Below, in pieces: positions 22,331 through 30,789 of a stretch of 30,789 bases of DNA. Within the stretch, counting starts at the first letter, position 1, and each line of letters opens with the position of its first letter. Below the pieces are notes generated by a model. That model saw only the letters and a program-made list of their open reading frames with translations. It had not been told where the DNA came from and searched no databases. The translations under genes and the position numbers were made by a program. The DNA lies in NCBI RefSeq assembly GCF_004010195.1, contig NC_057751.1, forward strand, positions 13,466,711 through 13,497,499, read 5' to 3'. The DNA is from Chiloscyllium plagiosum (lineage: Eukaryota).

Positions 22331-24960
22331 GCACAAGGTATCTGATTTGGGAATTAGATATGGAAGAATTAGGCAGGAACTGGAGAATGAAGATTGTGGA
22401 CAGCAGTTTGAGGGTTAATCCACAACTGGCATGTTGGAATCTTTTAAAGAGCAGTTGATTAAAGTTCAGGACAAGCATGTTCCGGTGGAAATGAAGGTTA
22501 AGGATAGTGAGATTTGAGAATCTTGGAGTCATCCAAGACAAATTGAGAGCTTAGTCGAAAGGAAAAAGGAGACATATGTAAGATTAAGGAAACTGGTGAT
22601 GAGACAGAGCCCTTGAAGAATAGCAGGAAAGAACTCAAACAAGGAATTAGAAGAGCTAAAAGGGAGCAGAAAATGTCTTTGCAAATAGGATTATGGAAAA
22701 TCTCAAGTGTTTTATGCATAGTTAAAGAGCAAAAGTGTAGCTAGGGAAAGGGTAGGTCCATTCAAGGACAAAGGAGGGAATTTATGCACGGAGCCAGAGG
22801 AAGTGGGTGAGGTCCTGAATGAATACTTTGCATTAGTATTCACAAAGAAGAAGGACATGGTGGATCATGAGTCTCGAAAGGAGTATGCTGATATTCTGGG
22901 GCATGTCAATATAAAAAAAAGGTGTTCGAAGTTTCAGAAAGCATTAAGATGGACGAGTCACAGGACCTGATGGAATCTCTCCCAGAATGCTGAGAATAGG
23001 TAGGTGAGGAAATTGTTGGGACCTCGGACAAAATATTTTTAGATTAGATTCCCTGCAGTGTGGAAACAGGCCCTTTGGCCCAACAAGTCCACACCTACCC
23101 TCTGAAGAGTAACCCACCCGCCTCTGACTAATGCACCTAACACTACAGGCAATTTAGCATGGCCAATTCACCTGACCTACACATCTTTGGACTGTGGGAG
23201 GAAACCAGAGGACCCAGAGGAAACCCACACAGACATGGGGACAATCTGCAAACTCCACACAGTCACCCAAAGCTGGAATTGAACTTGGGACCCTAGTGCT
23301 GTTAGGTAGCAATGCTAACCACTGAGTCACTGTGCCACCTTTGTATCTTTAATCACAGGGGAGGTCCCAGAGGGCTGGAGAATAGCCAACAGGGTTCGTT
23401 TGTTTAAGAAGAGCAAGAGGGAAAATCTGGGAAATTGTAGGCTGGTGAACCTTTCATTAGTGATAGGGAAATTATTGGATAAGATTGTTTGGAAAAGGAT
23501 TTACTAACATTTGGAAAAATATAGACTTAATAGTGATAGGTAGAATGGCTTTGTTCAGGGAAGGTTGTGTGTCACAAACTAGGTTGAGATTTTTGAGGAA
23601 GTGATGAAGATGTTTGATGAGGGCAGGGCAGTAGAAGTTGTCCACATGGATTTTAGCCAGTCTGTTGACAAGGTCCTCATAGCAGGCTAATACAAAAGGT
23701 GAAGTTATATGGGTTCCATGGTGAGCTGGCAAGATGGACACAGAACTAGCTTGGTCATAGAAGGCAGAGAGTTGCAGTGGAAAGGTATTTTTTTGATTGG
23801 AGATCTGTGACCAGAGGTGTTCCACAGAGATCAATAATGGACCCCTGCTGTTTATAATTACATATAAATGATTCTGAGGAGAATATAGGTGGCCAGATTA
23901 GTAAATTGGCAAATGACACAAAGATTGGGGGAGCTGCGGTTCGTGAGGATTGCCAGAGGATCCAGCAGGATACAGGAGGCTGGATGCTTGGGCGGAGAAA
24001 TGGCAGATACAGTTTAATCCAGAGAAACACGAGGTAATGCATTTTGGAATAAAATGCAGGATGGCAGATCCCCTAGGGGACATACGTTTAAAGGTAAAAC
24101 TGGGAACGTTTAAAGCAGATGTGAGAGGAACTTTTATTTTGCAGAGAGGGTGGTATGTACCTGGAATGCACTTTCTAGATGTAGTGGTGGAAGAGCAGCA
24201 GTGCAACAGATACAAGATTAGGCAAGGAATAGAGGGATATGGACTGTATAGAGGCAAAACATTTTTAGCTGAGAAAGGTGTCATGGGTTGGTGCAAGCTT
24301 GGTAGGCCCAAGGGCCTGTTCCTGTGCCATACCTGTTCTTTATTATTTGTTCTTTTAATGGTAAACATACAGAGGGATCCAGATGTACACGCCCACAGTT
24401 TCCTGAAAGTGGCAATACAAGTGGATAAGGTGGTCAAGAAGGCACCTCGCATACTTGCCTTCATCACTCGGGGAATAGAGGATAAAAATTGACAATGTTG
24501 CAGCTACATAGAACTTTAGTAAACTTTGGAATAGTCAAAGGAGTTATGTTCAAAGAAGAATTGAGAAGCAAGTTTCTTTATTCAGAGGGTTGAAAGTGGC
24601 TGGAATGTTAGTGGTGGAGGCTGATACAATAGCAACATTTAAGAGGCGTCTTGTTGGATAAATGAATAAGCAGGGAACAGAGTTAGACAAACCACTTGGA
24701 AGAAAAAGGTTTTTAGCTTTGAAAGGCATCCTGGGTCACTGCAGTCTTGGTGGGCCAAAGGGCCTGTTCTTGTGCTGTAATGTCTGGGCTGAAAGGCCTC
24801 CTTCTGCACCGTAACAATTCTGTAATTCTTTGAAATAGATAGATGTTTAATTCATAGGGGAATAATCAATTATGAGGTAAAAGCAGGGAAGTGGAGTTGA
24901 GGGGAAGCATGATAGCAGTTAATGACAGAGCAGACACCATGAGCTGAATGACATCACTGT
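22330..24960 (+). mobile_element. Long CR1 ORF2 remnant (linker + RT + 3' end) with nested CR1 tail and SINE
   Basis: Includes EVLNEYFALVFTK, SQDLMES (SPGPDG-like), LFKKSKRENLGNCRLVNLSL, MDFSQSVDKVL, GVPQRSIMDPCC, ISKLANDTKIG, WAEKWQIQFNPEKHEVMHFG and QVDKVVKKA..ILAFITRGIEDK. The region 22450-22980 aligns with 30230-30789. A second CR1 3' end is embedded at ~24075-24350. Confidence 0.85.
23040..23340 (-). mobile_element. HE1-like V-SINE inserted into CR1 ORF2
   Basis: Collinear with 17202-17523 (tagattccct.cagt.tggaaacaggccct ... gctaaccactgag). Confidence 0.92.
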
Positions 24961-26261
24961 CTGCTGAATGTCATATTAGGTTATTCTCCTGCATCTTTGG
25001 TCTTACGGTCTTACAGTCTTAAATGAAGACAAATTTGATCAGGTATCAATGCTAGATTATCTAACTCAACTTGCCCGGTTATGGAAGGACTTTACGGAAA
25101 ATGGAATAGCAATTCTTTTTGGTGTTGCCCTCATGGCTATGAGGATAAATGTACCATCTAGCACACAAAACAGCTAGATCCAAAGCATACTCTATCGTTT
25201 TTGTTAAATTTTCTGCCCATGGTAATGTGAGGTCCTCAGAAACCTTGGTTCTGCAAAGTGCACAAAATCAAACTGGGCTGTTCATCTGATCGTTACACTT
25301 ACATTGTGTGAAAATGGGACTGAGCTATGATGTTCCGAGTTACAAATAATGTGGCAGTGGTCACCATTTAAGCTTACATAATATTAGGCTTACCAGGCAG
25401 AACACAAGAGAAGGCATCTCTGCTGGATTCCTGGGTGGGGTGGGAATGAAGGAAAACAGGTAGGAAATCTGAAGAAGCAAAATCTTCCAATTTAACATTG
25501 GGGGGATGTGATAATCTCAGGTTCAGTTTAATCAGCATCTAACATGGTTTAATTTATTTCATGAAACCTTTCTTTTTCTTTGGAAAGGGACCCCCAGATT
25601 TGGATAGTTACTTTTGTACCAGAGAAACCCATCTCTAAGCCATGTGCCAATTTGGGCACCTTGGAATATCTAACATTATGTCCTTCTCAATATTAAAATT
25701 CAGTGTACCCGAAATGATTCAAATTGTCAAACAAAGAAGTTACCAAATCTTAAACCATTGACTGTACTTCAAAAGTAATCCATTTCTGCATTGGATTTTG
25801 GAATATCCTGAGAGTGTGGTAAGATGCTAAATAATTGACCTAAGGTGAGCTCTCCTTCTCTCTTCACCTATGCAGCCTGATCAGCTTAACATTATCAGCA
25901 TTCTCATTTTTAATCCCAATTATTTTTCTTTTATATTGTGTCCTTTCTTTAATGACCCATTCTGTGTGATACTTTATTCATTTGGAAGATAAAATATTTA
26001 GTTATCTGATCATGTTGGCTTTGCACAAACTAATTCAATGCACAGAAATTAGTTATTGTGACAAACCTACAAAATTATTTTTGGATAGAATTGTCTTAAT
26101 TAACTGGAGTAGGGGAGAACTGAATCTGAGGAAGCAGTCAGAATTTTACAAAAGCCATTACACAAGTCTATAAATGAACAGAACACTAGTGGATGGCATT
26201 TAACAATAAAGCACGAGGTACTTCACATGGGAGAAAAAAATAATAGCTTACACCATGGATG

Positions 26262-26889
26262 TGTAATGAAGCAGCCCTTTAACAAGGTTACATAGTCCTT
26301 GGTTTCTTTCTTTTTTGACAGATCGTAAATGACACAGACTCCAAAAAGTCTGGTATGTGGGGCTTAAGGGCCAATTTGATAATAGCTAACAGATACCGCC
26401 GCAGACAGAAGGCTTTCAAGTTCTAAAAAGAATTTATACAATGAACAAGAAGTGGCCAGTTCTCCCAGTTTTCTCTGGTTTGGTTATTTTTTTTCGCAGT
26501 AGTGTAAAGAAAGGTTACTAGACCCAAAGAAGGAGGTCCAGGCTGGTACTCTCTCTCTGTCACATCTCTCCTGTCAGAACCTATGTTTGATTTTACCTTT
26601 CGTGTCGAGGGGTGTTTATGGGAATTGTTGCAACTATTTGGAATAGCATCATTAGGACAGTCTGTTGGGTTTTCGAATAGGATAGGTTTTTCGGTATTCT
26701 TTTTTCTGATGTTTGTGTTTCATTCAATAATTTTGCAAATAAATTCTGTTTTGTTTAAAATGAGGTAGTTTGACCAGCTGCATCTCTCCTGGAATATCCA
26801 TGTTACACCTGCCTAAGACAACGAGCAAAGTTAGGGTCTGGGCAACTTTCTTGAAATGTTTTGAGGGGAGTCTGGCCTGGTCAATAATA
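26262..26889 (+). mobile_element. Solo LTR family copy 3 (~628 bp)
   Basis: Starts TGTAATGAAGCAGC and ends ggcctggtcaataata, with AATAAA near 26738. Aligns end to end with the reverse complement of 6630-7274. Flanks ggatg/ggtgc are only an imperfect TSD. Confidence 0.8.
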
Positions 26890-26902
26890 GGTGCAACTGA
26901 TT

Positions 26903-27545
26903 GAGTCATAGAGTCACAGAGTCATAGAGATGTAAGCACTGAAACAGACCCTTCACTCCAACTCATCCATGCTGACCAGATATCCCAACCTCATCCAGTC
27001 CCATTTGCCAGCACTTGGCCCATATCCCTCCAAACCCTTCCTATCCATATACCCGTCCAGATGCCTTGTGAATTTTGCAATTGTACCAGCCTCCACCACT
27101 TCCTCTGGCAGCTCATTCCATTCATGCATCACCCTCTGCGTGAAAATGTTGCTCCTTAGGTCCCTTTTATATCTTTCCCCCCTCATCCTAAACCTATGCC
27201 TGCTAGTTCTGGACTCTTCCACCCCAGGGAAAAGACTATTTATCCTATCCATACCCTTCATTATTTTATAAGCCTCTATAATTTCACCCTTCAGCCTCCG
27301 ACACTCCAGAGAAAACAGCCCCAGCTTATGCAACCTCTCCCTATAGCTCAAATCCTCTAACCCTGGCAACATCCTGGTAAATCTGTTCTGAACCCTTTCA
27401 AGTTTCACAACATCCTTCCGATAGGAAGGAGACCAGAATTGCATGCAATATTCCGAAAGTGGCCGAACCAATGACCTGTACAGACGCAACATGACCTCCC
27501 AACTACTCTTCTCAATGCCCTGAACAATAAAGGAAAGCATACCAA
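26903..27545 (-). mobile_element. 5'-truncated CR1 LINE, relatively young
   Basis: Uninterrupted frame GMLSFIVQGIEKSSWEVMLRLYRSLVRPLSEYCMQFWSPSYRKDVVKLERVQNRFTRMLPGL...WNELPEEVVEAG, with an 8-bp tandem tail (gagtcata/gagtcaca) at 26903-26926. Confidence 0.93.
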
Positions 27546-27802
27546 ACGGGGGCAAGGGGTCGAAAGATGCTAACATTTCATATGTCTGTGACACATGAAT
27601 AAATAAGAATATTGAATAATTAACTACATTATTGAAAGTATTAGAGTATGAGATACTGAAAGTCATGCTGAAACTGAAATGTCAGAATGTACAAGCTTAA
27701 TTGCCAATTACTGAAGGCTCGAAAGAGGTTTCAAAATCTGGTCTTTCATTCAACCTTACATCGATATAATTATTTGAATAATTGTGAATATTTCCAAATA
27801 CA

Positions 27803-28286
27803 TTGTAAGTTTGCTCACTGAGTTAGAAGATTTGTTTTCTGACGTGTCGTCACCATGCTAGGTAACATCATCAGTGAGCCTCCGGTGAAGTGCTGGTGTT
27901 CTGTCCAGCTTTCTATTTATGTGTCTTAGTCTGTTGTAGTAGGTAAAATCACTTCCAGTTCTTTTTCTGAGAGGTTGGTAAATGGGGTCCAAATGGATAT
28001 ATTTGTTGATGGAGTTCTGGTTTGAATGTTTAGCCTGTCCCAGGATGGATGTATTGTCCCAGTCCCTTGTTGTCTGTGTTTAAGGATACTAGTGATAGTT
28101 GGTCGTATCTTTTGATGGAGTTTCTGCTCGTGTATCCTGGTGGTTGGTTTCCTGCCAGTCTGCCCGTTATAATGTTTGTTGCAGTCCTTGCAGGGTATTT
28201 TGTATATGACATTGTATATAGAGATTTATCAAGAGCTGTTTCAGTGTGTTGGTAGGTTTGTGGGCTACCACGATGCCAAGGGGCTC
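27803..28286 (-). mobile_element. Penelope-like element 3' portion (GIY-YIG), left arm of an inverted pair
   Basis: Minus-strand translation PLGIVVAHKPTNTLKQLLINL...NVIYKIPCKDCNKHYNGQTGRK..TRIHEQ is a Poseidon/Penelope-type GIY-YIG. The terminal hammerhead motif at 27841-27874 is mutated. Confidence 0.85.
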
Positions 28287-28790
28287 TTGATGAATCTAAA
28301 AGACGCTGTACCAACAACCAGCAGAATAAACATCATGTACAAAATACCCTGCAAGGACTGCAACAGCTTACATCGGACAGACTGGCAGGAAACGAGCCAC
28401 CAAAAAACACGTCCAACTAGTATCCTTGCACTCAGACAACGAGGGCACCAGTTCAATTTGGACAATACATCCATTCTGGGATAGGCTAAACAAAGAGATG
28501 CACATTAATTTCTAGATGCCTGGCATTGAAACCGGAACTCTATCAACAAACACATCGACCTGGACCCCATTTACCAACCTCTCAATAAAGAGCCGGATGT
28601 GGTATCAACCACCACAACAGACCACGACACATATATAGAAAGCTGGACAGTACACCAGTGCTTCAACTGGGGCTCACTGATGATGTTACCTAGCATGGTG
28701 ATGAAACGTCTGAGAACAAATCTTCCAGCTCAGTGAGCAAACGGATAACCTGAACCATAACCTGAGCTACAGATCTTCACAAAAGTCCTA
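28283..28790 (+). mobile_element. Penelope-like element 3' portion (GIY-YIG), right arm of an inverted pair
   Basis: LLMNLKDAVPTTSRINIMYKIPCKDCN/YIGQTGRK...LDAWH*NRNSINKHIDLDPIYQPL. It is a reverse-complement match to 27806-28240. Confidence 0.88.
28673..28714 (+). ncRNA. Minimal type I hammerhead ribozyme motif, core intact
   Basis: CTCA-CTGATGA-t-GTTACC-tagcat-GGTGAT-GAAA-C-GTC-TGAG: 4-bp helix I (CTCA/TGAG), 6-bp helix II with two G-U pairs, intact core and a GUC triplet. Confidence 0.75.
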
Positions 28791-28869
28791 CAACATTTGC
28801 CAAGTAATAACATTATTGTGTTTCACTATGAGATTATGCATGTTAATGTTGTTCCAAACTCACACTTTG

Positions 28870-29170
28870 ATTCGATCATAATAAGAGATACAAGGTATAC
28901 AGCACCTTCTGTACAGAAAACATTTCACAGAGGTGTAATGAAAAAAGAAATCTGTGCCCAAGTATATATTTGAAAAGGTGACTAAATGCTTGATAGAAGA
29001 GGTGATTTTTTTTGGGAGGAGTTTAAATGGGGAGAGAGAAGTGAAGAAGCAGAGGTGTTGAGAGGAAGTTCCACAAGATGAGGATAAATTACAGAATGCT
29101 GAGATGCAGAGAAGAGGTGAGTGCACAAGAAGCCAAATTGGAGAATAAGACAATGTGGGACTTGTCAGGG
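28870..29170 (-). mobile_element. L2 LINE 3'-end remnant
   Basis: 'aaaacatttcacagaggtgtaat...aggtgactaaatgcttgatagaagaggtgattttt..ggaggagtttaaa..gagagagaagtgaagaagcagaggtgttgagaggaagttcca' is the reverse complement of the L2 tail pattern seen at 1155-1475. Confidence 0.6.
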
Positions 29171-29234
29171 AGAAGATCACAAAGATAAGAAGCAGCATAT
29201 CATTAACTTATGTCAACATGGAGATGTGAACCTT

Positions 29235-30789
29235 AAATTTAAGACACTAGCAAATCCAGGGGCCAGCATAATATACTGGCAGGGAAATTTGCTAGAACTG
29301 CTTGGGAGGATTTAAACTAGTAAGGTGGGGGTTGGGACCCAGGGAGATAGTGAGGAAAGAGGTTGATCTGAGACGGATACAGCTGAGAACAGAAGTGAGT
29401 CAAACAGTCAGGGCAGGCAGAGACAAGGTAGGACTAATAAATTAAACTGCATTTATTTCAATGCAAGGGCCTAACAGGGAAGGCAGATGAACTCAGGGCA
29501 TGGTTAGGAACATGGGACTGGGATATCATAGCATTTACGGAAACATGGCTCAGGGATGGGCAAGACTGGCAGCTTCATGTTCCAGGATACAAATGCTACA
29601 GGAAGGATAGAAAGGGAGGCAAAAGAGGAGGTGGAGTGGCATTTTTGATAAGGGATAACATTGCAGCTGTGCTAAGGGAGGATATTCCCGGAAAAACATC
29701 CAGGGAAGTTATTTGGGTGGAACTGAGAAATAAGAAAGGGATGATCACCTTATTGGGATTGGTATTCTAGACCCCACAATAGTCAGAGGGAAATTGGGAA
29801 ATAAACCTGTCAGGAGATCTCAGCTATCTGTAAGAATAATAGGGTGGTTATGGTGGGGAATTTTAACTTTCGTTACATCAACTGGGACTGCCATAGTGTT
29901 AAAAGTTTAGATGAAGAGGAATTTCTTAAGTGGTACAAGACAATTTTCTGATTCAGTATATGGATGTTCCTACTAGAGAAGGTGCAAAACTTTACCTACG
30001 CTTGGGAAATAAGGCAGGGCAGCTGACTGAGGTGTCAGTGGGGGAGCACTTTGGGGCCAGTGACCATAATTCTATTCGTTTTAAAAGAGTGATAGAAAAG
30101 GATAGACCAGATCTAAAAGTTGAAGTTCTAAATTGGAGAAAGGTCAATTTTGACGGTATTAGGCAAGAACCTTCAAAAGCTGATTGGAGACAGATGTTCG
30201 CAGGTAAAGGGATGGCTGGAAAATGGGAAGCCTTCAGAAATGAGATAACAAGAATCCAGAGAAAGTATATTCCTGTCAGGGTGAAAGGAAAGGTTGGTCG
30301 GTATAGGGAATGCTGGATGAGTAAAGAAATTGAGGGTTTGGTTAAGAAAAAGAAGGAAGTATATGTCAGGTACAGACAGGATAGATCGAGTGAATCCTTA
30401 GAAGAGTATAAAGGCAGTAGGAGTATACTTAAGAGGGAAATCTGGAGGGCAAAAAGGGGACATGAGATGGCTTTGGCAAATAGAATTAAGCAGAATCCAA
30501 AAGGTTTTTACAAATATATTAAGGATAAAGGGTAACTAGGGAGAGAATAGGGCCCCTCAAAGATCAGCAAGGCGGCCTTTGTGTGGAGCCACAGAAAATG
30601 GGGGAGATACTAAATGAATATTTTGCATCAGTATTTACTGTGGAAAAGGATATAGAAGATAAAGACGGTAGGGAAATAGATGGTGACATCTTGCAAAATG
30701 TCCAGATTACAGAGGAGAAAGTGCTGGATGTCTTGAAACCGTTAAAGGTGGATAAATCCCCAGGACCTGATCAAGTGTACCCGAGAACT
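29235..30789 (+). mobile_element. CR1 LINE: ORF1 end plus ORF2 APE endonuclease and linker (frameshifted), continues beyond the window
   Basis: LNCIYFNAR/LTGKADELRAWLGTWDWDIIAFTETWLRDGQDWQLHVPGYKCYRKDRKGGKRGGGVAFLIR...VVMVGNFN; ORF 29930-30535 (DNFLIQYMDVPTREGAKL...EHFGASDHNSI...NPKGFYKYI); ends VDKSPGPDQVYPR. Several 1-nt frameshifts. Confidence 0.95.

Noticed and set aside
23898..24492. 180-aa and 189-aa ORFs on opposite strands
   Set aside because: They are chimeric translations across nested CR1 fragments and their antisense.
26953..27666. Longest ORF (237 aa) as a host gene
   Set aside because: Residues after ~42 are CR1 ORF2 C-terminus. The N-terminus is chance read-through from AT-rich flank beyond the 5' truncation point.
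29235..30789. Active CR1 or domesticated endonuclease
   Set aside because: ORF2 has multiple 1-nt frameshifts (for example near 29470 and 29930) and the 201-aa ORF stops at 30535. It is an ordinary dead copy.
1..30789. Prokaryotic-type systems (CRISPR array, operon, retron, defence island)
   Set aside because: There are no regularly spaced repeats or gene-dense operons. All RT and nuclease motifs belong to eukaryotic transposon families.

Overview
Repeat-dense, non-genic (intergenic or deep-intronic) vertebrate DNA. It is most likely from a cartilaginous fish (shark), inferred from HE1/V-SINE-type SINEs plus typical CR1, L2, Rex1 and Penelope fragments. No intact host gene is supportable, and nearly all listed ORFs are transposon debris or chance. 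Recognisable content: (1) many CR1 LINE pieces, including a nested cluster at ~20.2-25.0 kb and a 5' ORF2 region at the right edge; (2) a decayed Gypsy-like gag-pol on the minus strand (~14.3-17.65 kb), split by a SINE and a Penelope copy; (3) a decayed PIF/Harbinger transposase (~8.5-10.0 kb, +) with a convergent Myb/SANT remnant (~13.8 kb, -); (4) three copies of a ~630-bp solo-LTR family, one with a perfect 5-bp TSD; (5) several Penelope-like GIY-YIG fragments carrying five minimal hammerhead-ribozyme motifs, two with an intact catalytic core, including a ~1-kb head-to-head fold-back pair. A few repeat-free, CpG-retaining islands (0.64-0.85, 4.8-5.3, 10.75-11.15 and 18.2-19.05 kb) are candidate exons or conserved non-coding elements. 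I found no convincing wholly new biological system. Family names come from remembered motifs rather than database searches, and most boundaries are approximate.
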